64,000 nucleotides of DNA from Gammaproteobacteria bacterium (lineage in GTDB: Bacteria > Pseudomonadota > Gammaproteobacteria > HK1). The stretch lies in the NCBI GenBank assembly GCA_965204915.1, contig OZ242023.1, forward strand, positions 1,138,840-1,202,839. The letters are read 5' to 3'. The position numbers and the translations under genes are program-made. Positions 48,373 through 60,183 of the stretch are shown in pieces (the stretch's first letter is position 1; each line of letters starts with the position of its first letter). The notes beneath the pieces were generated by a model. That model was not told where the DNA came from. It did no database searches and worked only from the letters and a program-made list of their open reading frames with translations.

Positions 48373-48768
48373 TCAGGGCATCGTCCAGTTCTCGATGGCG
48401 ATGCCCGGGATTGCGCCGAAATCCTTCTCGTTGTTGGTGACCACGACGAGTCCCAGCGAGATCGCCTGGGCCGCGATCTGGCGGTCGTAAGCATTGCGCC
48501 TCGAAGGGGCCGCCGCCTGTATCCGGCCGAAGACTCGCGCCGCGGCGTCGTCGAACGGCATCACGACGACGTCGGCGAGAACCGGGGCCGCGTCCCTTCT
48601 CGCTCCATCCTGATCGCCGCTCTTCGCAAACCAGGTTTCCAGCTCCCCGAGGGTGACGGCCGACATGACGAGGTCGCCTGCCTCGCATTCGCCGAACCGC
48701 CGGTCGAGGTGCTCGTTTCCGCCCTGGATGGCATACACGCAGATATTGGTGTCGAGCAGGTACTTCAA
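48373..48768 (-). CDS. vapC: VapC PIN-domain toxin
   Basis: YLLDTNIC, SAVTLGEL, YDRQIAAQA, VVTNNEKDF. Confidence 0.92.
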   Translation of the reverse strand: MKYLLDTNICVYAIQGGNEHLDRRFGECEAGDLVMSAVTLGELETWFAKSGDQDGARRDAAPVLADVVVMPFDDAAARVFGRIQAAAPSRRNAYDRQIAAQAISLGLVVVTNNEKDFGAIPGIAIENWTMP

Positions 48769-48781
48769 CGAACCAATCCCT

Positions 48782-49096
48782 TCAGCCATTCCCGTCCGGG
48801 AGGCGGAAGGCGCCGTCGGCCGGCCAGTCGCGTTCGTCCTGAACCGGCTGGTCGCGCCGGAAGTCCCTGAAACGGGGCCGCAGCTTGCGGAACGCGGCGC
48901 CGAGTCCGGTGAGCTTTCGCCTCGCGGGGCGCACGATCAGCTCTTCTCCCCGCCGCTCTATCTCGACCTCGACGTCGACGCTGCCGAAGGCGAGCGCTTT
49001 CGGGATCCGAACCGCCTGGCTGTTCCCGTTCTGAAACAACCGGGTTCGTCTGGGGGCGCCGTATGCACCGGGTTGCCGTGGCCTGGGGGTCTCCAT
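48782..49096 (-). CDS. vapB: VapB (AbrB/SpoVT-type) antitoxin
   Basis: RLFQNGNSQAVRIPK..EVEIERRGEELIVRP; directly upstream of vapC. Confidence 0.9.
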   Translation of the reverse strand: METPRPRQPGAYGAPRRTRLFQNGNSQAVRIPKALAFGSVDVEVEIERRGEELIVRPARRKLTGLGAAFRKLRPRFRDFRRDQPVQDERDWPADGAFRLPDGNG

Positions 49097-49578
49097 GGAC
49101 ACTTGGGGTCGCCTCCCTTGGGTCGTGGCTCGACGTTCGTCCGGCCGTCCTGGAAGCTCGAACCGGCCGTGCCGGGACTCTACCCATGCTCTCCGATGTC
49201 TGTAAACACGTCCATATCTACATCGACGATGGCTGCCCCGGTCCCGACGGGTCTCCCCGGCACGCTCGAAGCTCCCGGTGGACGGCCGACGACGGTGCAC
49301 GACATCCGCCGCTCCGGGGCCGCCGTCCGGCACCACGGCATAGGTCGTGACAGCGCAGGCGGGTCATCCGGCCATCTCCGATCGAAGCGAAGACAGGGCA
49401 TTGGGAGGAGAGGGTCTTCCGGCGCGGGGAATCGTCCCCGGACGATCGGACGATCACCGTATGGCGGTATGGCGGGACGTGGGGCTGACGCCGGCCGAGC
49501 GGGGGCGGTCCCCGCCGGCGGGAATCGTGCGGGGTCGTTGACGGCCAGGGCCGGCCGCCGGTGCGGTAAGCTGTGCTC

Positions 49579-51150
49579 ATGAGTTCCAGACGCAAGCTGC
49601 CCATCGGCATCCAGACCTTCCGCACCATCCGTGAGGAGGGCTGTTACTACGTCGACAAGACCGCCTACATCGATCTGCTGCTCGATGAGGGCACCCACTA
49701 CTTTCTGTCCCGTCCGCGGCGCTTCGGCAAGAGCCTGTTCCTGGACACCCTGAAGGAGCTCTTCGAGGGCAACGAGGCGCTGTTCGAGGGGCTGGCCATC
49801 CACGGACGCCGGGACTGGTCGGTGCGTCATCCGGTGCTGCGGCTCAGCTTCGGCACCGGTGATTTCAAGCAACCGGGTTTCCTGGAAGCGAGCTTCATGG
49901 AGAAGCTGGCCGCCGCCGAGGCCGAGGCGCAGGTGGTCACGGACTACGCCACGGCCCCCGGACGCTTCGCGGCGCTGCTCGCGGCGCTGCATCGCCGGAC
50001 CGGCCAGCGGGTGGTGGTGCTGGTGGACGAGTACGACAAGCCGATCCTGGATGCGCTCGCCGTGCCGGACATGGCCCGCGCGAACCGGGACTTCCTGCGC
50101 GGCGTGTATTCGGTCGTGAAGGACAGCGACGCCCACGTCCGGTTCACGTTCATCACCGGAGTCAGCAAGTTCTCCAAGGTCAGCCTGTTCTCCGGCCTCA
50201 ACAACCTCAAGGACATCACTCTGAACCCGCGTTACTCCGCCATCTGCGGCTACACCGACGCGGACCTCGACACCGTGTTCGCGCCGGAGCTTCCGGGGTT
50301 GGACCGCGACGAGATCCGCCGCTGGTACAACGGCTACGACTGGCTGGGCGGGGAGAGGGTCTACAACCCCTTCGACATCCTGCTGCTGTTCGACACCCGC
50401 GAGTTCGCCGCCCACTGGTTCCGGACCGGCACGCCGACGTTCCTGGTCGAGACGCTGGTCAGGCGCGGGGTGAGTCCCCTGGCGCTGGAGAGGATGGCCG
50501 GCACCGACGACCTGCTCTCCACCTTCGACGTGGACGACATGGCGACGGAGGCGCTGCTGTTCCAGACCGGCTACCTGACCATCCGGGACCACAGGCGCCT
50601 GGGCGGCCGGACCGTGTACCGGCTCGGCTATCCGAACCAGGAAGTGCGCCAGAGCCTCAACGACAGCCTGTCGCGCTACCTGGCCGGGGATTCGACGCGC
50701 CAGATGGCCAACAGCATCCGGCTTTACGAACTGCTCGAAGCCAACGACTTCGCGGGCCTGAAGACCCTGTTCCACGTCTTCTACGCGAGCATCCCCCACC
50801 AGTGGTACACCAACAACGACATCGCCAACTTCGAGGGCTACTACGCGAGCGTGTTCTACTCCTACTTCGCGGGTCTCGGTCTGGACGTGACGGTGGAGGA
50901 CAGCACCAGCCACGGACGTCTGGACATGGCGGTGTGCTTCAACGCCAACGTGTACCTGTTCGAGTTCAAGGTGGTGGAGCTGGAGCCTGCGGGAGAAGCG
51001 GCGCCGCGGAACGCGGCGATGGCGCAGTTGAAGGAACGGCGCTACGCGGACAAGTACCGGCACTTGGGGCAGCCGATCCACCTGGTTGCGGTGGAGTTCA
51101 GCAAGGAGGCGCGCAACGTGGTGGCGTTCGAGGTGGAGTGTGCGGCATGA
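49579..51150 (+). CDS. AAA-ATPase-like N-domain plus C-terminal PD-(D/E)XK nuclease (PDDEXK_9 type)
   Basis: KLPIGIQTF, YYVDKT, SRPRRFGKSL, LVDEYDKP, GRLDMAV..YLFEFK. Confidence 0.92.
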   Translation: MSSRRKLPIGIQTFRTIREEGCYYVDKTAYIDLLLDEGTHYFLSRPRRFGKSLFLDTLKELFEGNEALFEGLAIHGRRDWSVRHPVLRLSFGTGDFKQPGFLEASFMEKLAAAEAEAQVVTDYATAPGRFAALLAALHRRTGQRVVVLVDEYDKPILDALAVPDMARANRDFLRGVYSVVKDSDAHVRFTFITGVSKFSKVSLFSGLNNLKDITLNPRYSAICGYTDADLDTVFAPELPGLDRDEIRRWYNGYDWLGGERVYNPFDILLLFDTREFAAHWFRTGTPTFLVETLVRRGVSPLALERMAGTDDLLSTFDVDDMATEALLFQTGYLTIRDHRRLGGRTVYRLGYPNQEVRQSLNDSLSRYLAGDSTRQMANSIRLYELLEANDFAGLKTLFHVFYASIPHQWYTNNDIANFEGYYASVFYSYFAGLGLDVTVEDSTSHGRLDMAVCFNANVYLFEFKVVELEPAGEAAPRNAAMAQLKERRYADKYRHLGQPIHLVAVEFSKEARNVVAFEVECAA

Positions 51151-51164
51151 GCCTCGATCCATCA

Positions 51165-52968
<1,804 letters not shown>

Positions 52969-52972
<4 letters not shown>

Positions 52973-53475
52973 TGGAGATCGCGGAAGGGGGCCTCACGTT
53001 TTCGTTCCCGGACCAGTGCGAAGCCGGCAAGTACGACGACTGGTCGTTCTACCGCAGCCAGTTCCAGTCCATGGCCGGCGGATCGATGGCGGTTGACATC
53101 CTCTGCCTTGCAGGCGGCGTTGCCTGGCTGGTCGAGATCAAGGACTACCGGCAATATCCCCGGATGAAGCTGAGCGATCTCTGCGACGAGGTGGCGCAAA
53201 AAGTACGCGATACGCTGTCGGGCTTGGCGGCGGCGAGCGCAAACGCCGACGATGCCAACGAGCAGGCACTCGCATGCCGAGCGCTGGCGATGCGCCGGTG
53301 GCGGGTCGCACTGCACCTCGAACAGCCGAGCGTGTCGTCACGACTCCGGCGATGGGCAGTCGATCCCGCCAGCATGAAATCGAAACTGCGCAAGGGATTG
53401 AAGGCCATCGATCCCAACCCGGTGGTTGTGGATAGCCAAAGGCCGCATCCCGACATCCCCTGGACCGTTCGATAG
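52969..53475 (+). CDS. Small putative PD-(D/E)XK nuclease, translationally coupled to the ATPase
   Basis: ATGA overlap; VDILCLAGGVAWLVEIKDY fits D-x10-11-E-x-K. Confidence 0.62.
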
Positions 53476-53620
53476 CAGCACCGAACTCACCAACCATCGC
53501 GGGACAACTTCAGCCCCCACGACCGATCGGCCGTCCCCCGCGTGCCCACCCGAGCCTGATCGGCGACAGATTGCACCGGCCGGACTTGTATCCGGCGGGT
53601 GCTGTCAAGACGTCGCGCCT

Positions 53621-55861
53621 TCACCCGAGCCGGATCGGCAGCGATTCCACCGGCTCGCCGGTCAGGGCAAGGATGGCGTTGGCGATGGCCGGGGCCATGG
53701 GCGGCAGGCCCGGCTCTCCCACGCCGGTCGGCGGATCGCCCGAGGGCACGATGTGCACGTCGATCGGCGGCATGTCCGGCATCCTCGGCACGATGTAGTC
53801 GTGGAAGTTGCTCTGCCGGACCTGCCCGTCCCGTAGCGTGATCTCCGCGCCGTCGAGCGTCATCCCGATCGCCATCAGCGCCGCGCCCTGCACCTGGGCT
53901 TCGACCGAGCGCGGGTCCACGGCCAGGTTGCAGTGGATGGCGCTGGTCACCCGGTGCAGCTTCGGCCTGCCGCCTTCGATGGACAGATCCACGACGTGGG
54001 CGACCACCGAATTGAACGACTCGTGCACCGCAACGCCCCATGCCCTTCCCGGCGGCAACCGCTTCACACCGTATCCGGACTTCTCCACCACCAGATCCAG
54101 CGCGGCCAGGTGGCGCGGATGCCCGGCCAGCAGCTTGCGGCGCAGAGCGACCGGATCCTGGCCGCTTTCCCGCGCGATCCGGTCGATGAGGGTCTCCATG
54201 ACGAACGCCGAATGGGTATGCCCCACCGAGCGCCACCACAGGATCGGTACCGGCGTCTCCGGGTGGTGCACGGTGGCCGCCACCGGCAGGTCGTATGCCG
54301 TGTCGGCCACGCCCTCCACCGCCGTTGCATCCACGCCGTCCTTGACCAGGAACTGCTCGAACGCGGTGCCCTTGAGGATCGAAGGGCTGACGATGGTGTG
54401 CTTCCAGGCGCCGACGTTGCCGGCCTCGTCGAGGCCGATCTCGGCCCGGTGCATGGTGAACGGGCGGTAATACCCCCCGCGCACGTCGTCTTCCCGGGTC
54501 CAGACCACCTTCAGGGGCTCGCTCCGCCCGGCCGCCAGCCAGGCCTTCATCACCCGCGCGGCGTCGGCCAGGTAGTCGGCGGTAGGGGTCGCGCGCCGCC
54601 CGAATCCGCCCCCGGCGAACATGGTGTGGATGTGCACCTGTTGCGGCTGCAACCCCAGGATGCCCGCGACGGTGGCCTGGTCGATGGTCTGGAACTGGGT
54701 GCCGGTCCAGATGTCGCAACGCCGTTCGCTGCCGGCTCCGGTGACCTCGACCAGCGCGTTCAGGGGCTCCATCGGCGCGTGGGCCAGAAAGGGAAAGCGG
54801 AAGTCGGCGGAGATCTTCCTTGCCGCGCCGGCCAGCCCCGACACGTCGCCGGGCCGGGCCGTCACGCCGTCCCGGCCCAGCAGTTGCCTGAACTGCGCTT
54901 CGAGCTCTCCGGTGTCGGCCCGAGCCTCCGGCGCCCGCCACTCGACCCCGAGCCTGTCCCGCGCCATCTTCGCCGGCCAGAAGCCGTCCGCCACCACCGC
55001 CACGCCGGTGGCGCCGCGGTCGAGGTCGACCTGCATCACGTGGTCCACCCCCCCGACCCCTCGCGCGTCCCGGTCGTCGAATCCGGCCACGGTTCCGGCA
55101 AAGTGCGGCGGGCGGGCGATCAGCACCGTCTTCATGCCGGGACGGCGCGCGTCCATGCCGAAGGATTGCCGGCCGGTGGACTTGGCGGGGGTATCGAGCC
55201 GACCCGCCGCTTTGCCGATCAGCCGGAACCGGTCCGGGGTCTTGAGGGCCACCTTTGCGGGCACCGGCAGGGCCATGGCCGCCGTGCTCATCTCCCCGTA
55301 GTCCGCGCTCCTGCCGTCGGCGGACAGCAGGCGGCCTTCCCGGGTCTCGATGGTATGGGCCTCCACGCCCCAGTGCCGGGCGGCGGCCTCGACCAGCATG
55401 GCGCGCGCCCGCGCGCCGAGCTCGCGATACTGGGTGAAGCTGTTCTGGATGGAGTTCGAGCCGCCGGTCATCTGGATGCCGAAGATCGGGTCCTTGTACG
55501 CCTCGCCGGCCGGGGCCAGCTCGGCGCGGACCTTGAGCCAGTCCGCGTCCAGCTCGTCGGCCAGCACCCGGGCGAGTCCGGTATGGGAGCCCTGCCCGAA
55601 TTCCAGGCGGTTGATCCGGATGGTCACCGTGCCGTCCGGGTCGATGCGCAGGAACTCGTCCGGTTGCTGGTTCGGCTTCAGATCGGCGCCGTCACCACCG
55701 CCCGAGGCGGCGGCCCGCACCGCGCCGGCAGGAGCGAGGCCGAGGGCGAGGCCGGAGGCGCCGGCGAGCTTGATGAACCCGCGGCGGCTGATGCCCTGGC
55801 CCTGGCCGGCGCCCGCCTGCCAGGCGAATCCGAGCTTGTTCAGAAGTGATGGATGTTTCAT
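53621..55861 (-). CDS. IorB-like molybdopterin oxidoreductase beta subunit with Tat signal
   Basis: ISRRGFIK twin-arginine, RLEFGQGS, TGGSNS, AHAPMEP, GGGFGRR, WWRSVGH, GVGEPGLPP. Confidence 0.93.
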   Translation of the reverse strand: MKHPSLLNKLGFAWQAGAGQGQGISRRGFIKLAGASGLALGLAPAGAVRAAASGGGDGADLKPNQQPDEFLRIDPDGTVTIRINRLEFGQGSHTGLARVLADELDADWLKVRAELAPAGEAYKDPIFGIQMTGGSNSIQNSFTQYRELGARARAMLVEAAARHWGVEAHTIETREGRLLSADGRSADYGEMSTAAMALPVPAKVALKTPDRFRLIGKAAGRLDTPAKSTGRQSFGMDARRPGMKTVLIARPPHFAGTVAGFDDRDARGVGGVDHVMQVDLDRGATGVAVVADGFWPAKMARDRLGVEWRAPEARADTGELEAQFRQLLGRDGVTARPGDVSGLAGAARKISADFRFPFLAHAPMEPLNALVEVTGAGSERRCDIWTGTQFQTIDQATVAGILGLQPQQVHIHTMFAGGGFGRRATPTADYLADAARVMKAWLAAGRSEPLKVVWTREDDVRGGYYRPFTMHRAEIGLDEAGNVGAWKHTIVSPSILKGTAFEQFLVKDGVDATAVEGVADTAYDLPVAATVHHPETPVPILWWRSVGHTHSAFVMETLIDRIARESGQDPVALRRKLLAGHPRHLAALDLVVEKSGYGVKRLPPGRAWGVAVHESFNSVVAHVVDLSIEGGRPKLHRVTSAIHCNLAVDPRSVEAQVQGAALMAIGMTLDGAEITLRDGQVRQSNFHDYIVPRMPDMPPIDVHIVPSGDPPTGVGEPGLPPMAPAIANAILALTGEPVESLPIRLG

Positions 55862-55874
55862 GGTGCGCCTCCCG

Positions 55875-56333
55875 TCAGGACAGGCGATCCGCGGCCGACT
55901 TGACGGCCGTGCGGATCCGCCCGTAGGTGCCGCAGCGGCAGATGTTGCCGGCCATGGCCGCGTCGATGTCGGCATCGCCGGGGGCGGGGTTGCGCTGCAA
56001 CAAGGCCACCGCGCTCATGACCTGTCCGCTCTGGCAGTAGCCGCATTGCGGTACGTCGTTCTCGATCCAGGCTGCCTGCACGGCGGCTCCGATCCGGCCT
56101 TCCCCGATCTGCTCGATCGTGGCCACCGACCGGCCTTCCACCGCCGACACCGGGGTCACGCAGCTTCGCACGGCCTGGCCGTCCAGGTGCACCGTGCACG
56201 CGCCGCACTGCGCCATGCCGCAGCCGTACTTGGTTCCAACCAATTCCAGCGAATCGCGCAACGCCCACAACAGCGGCGTGGAATCGTCGACATCCACGGT
56301 CACGGCCTTGCCGTTGACGTTGAAACTGGCCAT
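55875..56333 (-). CDS. IorA-like 2Fe-2S alpha subunit
   Basis: [34 protein letters not shown]; GGAGG RBS. Confidence 0.95.
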   Translation of the reverse strand: MASFNVNGKAVTVDVDDSTPLLWALRDSLELVGTKYGCGMAQCGACTVHLDGQAVRSCVTPVSAVEGRSVATIEQIGEGRIGAAVQAAWIENDVPQCGYCQSGQVMSAVALLQRNPAPGDADIDAAMAGNICRCGTYGRIRTAVKSAADRLS

Positions 56334-56544
56334 CGGATTGCCTCCTTCGATGCAGGGCAGCAGCTCGGATCCAAACTTCCCGGAGGGCCAGGGTAACACC
56401 TTTCATCGCGGAAACAGGGGAATGACGGTCTTCGGATGTACGCTACGATAGGAGTGCTCCGCATCGTATCCGAGGTTTCATCCCGGACCGTGCTTCCCAG
56501 GTACGGCCCCGACCCCACCACCCACCGACAGGAGACAACCCCCG

Positions 56545-58050
56545 ATGGCAAGCACGATGCCCGTTCCCGGCCCCCTCGAGAAGCTCGACATGTACATCGA
56601 CGGCGAGTTCGTCGAGCCTGCCTCCGGGGAGTACTTCCAGAGCTTCGACCCCTACACCGCCCGCCCCTGGGCGCTGGTCGCCCGCGGCGGCGCCGAGGAC
56701 GCGGACCGCGCGGTCGAGGCCGCGCACCGGGCCTTCGGCTCCCCCGAATGGCGGGGGATGCACCCCTCGCAACGCGGCGCCCTGATGCGCCGGCTCGCGG
56801 AGCTCGTGGCGGAGAACGCGCAGCAGCTCGCGGAGCTGGAGGTACGCGACAACGGCAAGCTGCTGGGCGAGATGGGGGCGCAGCTCCGCTACGTCCCGAG
56901 CATCTACCACTACTACGCCGGGCTCGCGGACAAGATCGAGGGCTCGGTCGTGCACGCCGACAAGCCGGCCTTCACCTTCACCCGGCACGAGCCGCTGGGG
57001 GTCTGCGTCGGGATCATCCCGTGGAACTCCCCCCTGATGCTCATGGCGTGGAAGCTCGGGCCCGCGCTGGCGGCCGGGAATACGATGGTGCTCAAGCCCT
57101 CGGAGTACACCTCGGCCTCGGCCCTGGAGTTCGTGAAGCTGGTCGAGCAGGCGGGGTTCCCGCGGGGCGTGGTGAACGTGGTGACCGGGTTCGGCCCGGA
57201 GGCGGGGCAGCCGCTGGTCGAGCACCCCCTGGTGCGCAAGGTGGCGTTCACCGGCTCGGACCGCACCGGGGCCCACCTGTACGCGACCGCGGCGCGGGAC
57301 GTCAAGCGGGTGAGCCTGGAGCTCGGCGGGAAGTCCCCCAACATCGTGTTCGCGGACGCGAACCTCGACAACGCGGTCAAGGGCGCGGTGGCGGGGATCT
57401 TCGCCGCCACCGGGCAGACCTGCATCGCGGGGTCGCGCCTGCTCGTCCAGCGCTCGATCCACGACGAGTTCGTCGAGCGGCTGGTGGCGTTCGCCGGGAC
57501 CGCGAAGATGGGCAACCCGATGCTGCTGGAGACCCAGGTGGGGCCGGTCACCAACCTGCCCCAGTTCGAGAAGGTGCTCGGCTACATCGACGTGGCGAAG
57601 GGGGAAGGCGCGGAGACGGTGCTGGGCGGCGGCCGGGCCGAACGCCCGGAATGCGGCGAGGGGTGGTTCGTGGAGCCCACCATCTTCACCGGGGTGCGCA
57701 ACGACATGCGGATCGCGCAGGAGGAGGTGTTCGGCCCGGTGCTCTCCATCATCCCCTTCGAGGACGACGACGAGGCGGTGGCCATCGGCAACGACGTGGT
57801 CTTCGGCCTCGCGGCCGGGGTGTGGACGGAGAACATGCGCCGGGCCATCACGATGTCGGAGCGGCTCCAGGCCGGCACGGTGTGGGTCAACATGTACCGG
57901 GCGGTCAGCTACACCATGCCCTTCGGCGGCTACAAGCGCAGCGGCCTCGGGCGCGAGCTGGGACAGCAGGCGGTCCTGGAGTACATGCAGACCAAGAGCG
58001 TGTGGATCTCCACCGCGGAGGAGATGGCCAACCCCTTCGTGATCGGCTGA
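56545..58050 (+). CDS. NAD-dependent aldehyde dehydrogenase
   Basis: PWNSPL, FTGS, LELGGKSP, GQTCIAG (catalytic Cys), EEVFGPV, PFGGYKRSG. Confidence 0.96.
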   Translation: MASTMPVPGPLEKLDMYIDGEFVEPASGEYFQSFDPYTARPWALVARGGAEDADRAVEAAHRAFGSPEWRGMHPSQRGALMRRLAELVAENAQQLAELEVRDNGKLLGEMGAQLRYVPSIYHYYAGLADKIEGSVVHADKPAFTFTRHEPLGVCVGIIPWNSPLMLMAWKLGPALAAGNTMVLKPSEYTSASALEFVKLVEQAGFPRGVVNVVTGFGPEAGQPLVEHPLVRKVAFTGSDRTGAHLYATAARDVKRVSLELGGKSPNIVFADANLDNAVKGAVAGIFAATGQTCIAGSRLLVQRSIHDEFVERLVAFAGTAKMGNPMLLETQVGPVTNLPQFEKVLGYIDVAKGEGAETVLGGGRAERPECGEGWFVEPTIFTGVRNDMRIAQEEVFGPVLSIIPFEDDDEAVAIGNDVVFGLAAGVWTENMRRAITMSERLQAGTVWVNMYRAVSYTMPFGGYKRSGLGRELGQQAVLEYMQTKSVWISTAEEMANPFVIG

Positions 58051-58116
58051 ACCGGATCCCGCAACGGCAGACCGCATCACCCAAGCGGCAGGGGTGCTGC
58101 CGCGAGGAGTGACTGG

Positions 58117-58395
58117 ATGGAATTCGAATGGGATCCGGACAAGGAACAATCCAACGTCAAGAAACACCAAGTGGACTTCGCCGAAGCGAAGACGGTGTTC
58201 AACGATCCCCTGGAGGTCACCATTCCGGACCCGACTCATTCGCTCGGTGAAAACCGGTTCCTGAGTTTGGACAGATCGGAGACGGACAGACTGGTTGTGG
58301 TGTCCTACACCGAACGACACGGCGACAGGATCCGCATCATCAACGCCCGATTGGCATCACGAAAGGAACGAAGACAGTATGAACGGAGAGATTGA
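58117..58395 (+). CDS. brnT: BrnT-family toxin
   Basis: MEFEWDPDKEQSNVKKHQVDF.EA..VF.DP, ENRF, RIRIINARLASRKERRQYE. Confidence 0.92.
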   Translation: MEFEWDPDKEQSNVKKHQVDFAEAKTVFNDPLEVTIPDPTHSLGENRFLSLDRSETDRLVVVSYTERHGDRIRIINARLASRKERRQYERRD

Positions 58396-59119
58396 AGACG
58401 ACGCCATGCTCCCGGAGTACGACTTCTCAGGGGGGGTGAGAGGAAAGCACTATCGGGCGTACCGCCGTGGGACGACCGTGGTTCGTTCGAAAGGAGGACA
58501 CGGGCACGGCGGCAGTACGGTGGATGTGGAACAGGCACTGAAGATCATCGCGGAGCATCGCAACGACGCAGGGGACGGACAATGGCTGGAAACGCTCACG
58601 CGCGACATCGCACCGCACCTGACCGAATGGCAGATCGAACAAGCATGGAGATGGGCGGAATGGCCTGAACGCGTCGCGACACTCGGCAAGGATTCCCGGG
58701 CGGACGACGACGGCATCGACGTGGTGGCGAAGCGCAAGGACGGCGGGCTGGTGGCCATCCAGTGCAAAGCCCGCGGTCGAACGGAGCAAGGACGCGAAGG
58801 AACCGTCACGGGCGACGACTTCGACGAATTCATCGCGGCCACCGGGAACCCGGCATGGGCCGAACGATGGGTGGCGACGACGGCACAGCCGAGCAGCCAC
58901 GTGCTCCAGAAGCTGGGCCCGCTCGCAGATCCGGAAAAGCCAATCCGGTGGGTGGTGATCTCCGAAGCCGTCGGCCGCGAGCTGATCCGTCGCAAGACGG
59001 AAGGAGAAGGACAGCCAGGGGATCAGGGTATGGCTCCGCGAGCAGGCGAACCGTCGCGGACGACCGGTCATCTTCTCGACGTACCAGTCGGACCACCAGA
59101 CGGCGCAGGCACTGCGTGA
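58379..59119 (+). CDS. Chimeric ORF: BrnA-like antitoxin N-terminus fused to an Mrr-like restriction endonuclease domain
   Basis: MLPEYDFSGGVRGKHY (antitoxin-type) followed in frame by DDGIDVVAKRKDGGLVAIQCK; overlaps the brnT stop. Confidence 0.7.
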   Translation: MNGEIEDDAMLPEYDFSGGVRGKHYRAYRRGTTVVRSKGGHGHGGSTVDVEQALKIIAEHRNDAGDGQWLETLTRDIAPHLTEWQIEQAWRWAEWPERVATLGKDSRADDDGIDVVAKRKDGGLVAIQCKARGRTEQGREGTVTGDDFDEFIAATGNPAWAERWVATTAQPSSHVLQKLGPLADPEKPIRWVVISEAVGRELIRRKTEGEGQPGDQGMAPRAGEPSRTTGHLLDVPVGPPDGAGTA

Positions 59120-60183
59120 GAGCGGGACGCGCGCAACACTCCTCATCTGCGACGAAGCCCACCGCACGGCGGGGATCCGAAAGGCGAAAGGAAAGAAGCT
59201 GACCGAGAGGATCCGCTCGTTCACGACATGTCACCGCAGTGCGGAATTCCCGGCACGGACACGGTTGTACATGACGGCCACCCCGCGGGTCTTCGCGATG
59301 GGCGAAGGGCGGAAGAACGCCAAATGGGACGTCCACACGATGGACGACGAGACCACGTTCGGGGCCGAATGCCACCGGCTTTCCGGGTCCACGATGGGCG
59401 GATCGAACGCGAGCTCGGCAAGCTCATGCACATCGTGGTCCCGGTCCAGGGCGAAACGGCGGAACACCTGGTCGTCACTCGCGACGCGGAAGGCGTGCAC
59501 GCAGACCTCTGGCTGGGCCCCATGGACGAACTGGAGGACGTCGTGGCCGACTCCACCGGAGAGATGTCGGTCCGGGAACGGCTGGAGGAACAGGGCAGTC
59601 TCAGGGACGCGAAAGAGGCGGAAACAGTGGACGCGATCCCTTGCGGGACATGGATCGTGGACGATCGGGAGGCAACCCGGCCGCTCATCGCCGCAGTGCC
59701 CACGTACAGGGAGTGGAGAGCGGGGGAGAACGGCTACGCGACGGAGCCGGCGGTAGAACACGCGAAAGAAGTCCTGAACAAGGAGCTCCGCAAGCCCAGG
59801 CAGGATCGGAGGAAGCTCCGGCGAGCGAAGAAGCGGACGAAGGAGAAAAGGAAGAGCAAACCCGACCGGGCCACGCAACGCTCCCTCGAGTTCCTGCAAT
59901 CGCTCCAGGGCGAGGACTTGCGGGCGGAGGCAATCAGGGTGAACGTGCTTGAACGCTCGGGTCTGCTGAGCGGGCCGGAGCGCGACTTCAACGTACTGCG
60001 CGAGAGCGTGGAAGCCGCTGCAGCGCGGCTGAGAGAGGATGAGCTCGAAGACGATCTCAAGACACAGCTCGGCATGCAACGCATCGCCAGCGACGGAAAG
60101 AAAAGGGCCGATGCCTGCACGGTGACGGCACTGCTGCTGATGACCGCGTCCATCGTGCACGCCCGGATCGAGCGCGCCGGCAG
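58500..60183 (+). pseudogene. Internally deleted, frameshifted type ISP-like (Mrr-helicase-methyltransferase) RM gene
   Basis: Mrr motif, then FSTYQS, LICDEAHRTAG, RLYMTATPR and MDDETTFG in shifted frames; Walker A and methyltransferase motifs missing. Confidence 0.72.

Noticed and set aside
48307-48870. ORF following HEPN-CBS copy 2 as a system component
   Set aside because: Antisense to vapC, low complexity, no motifs
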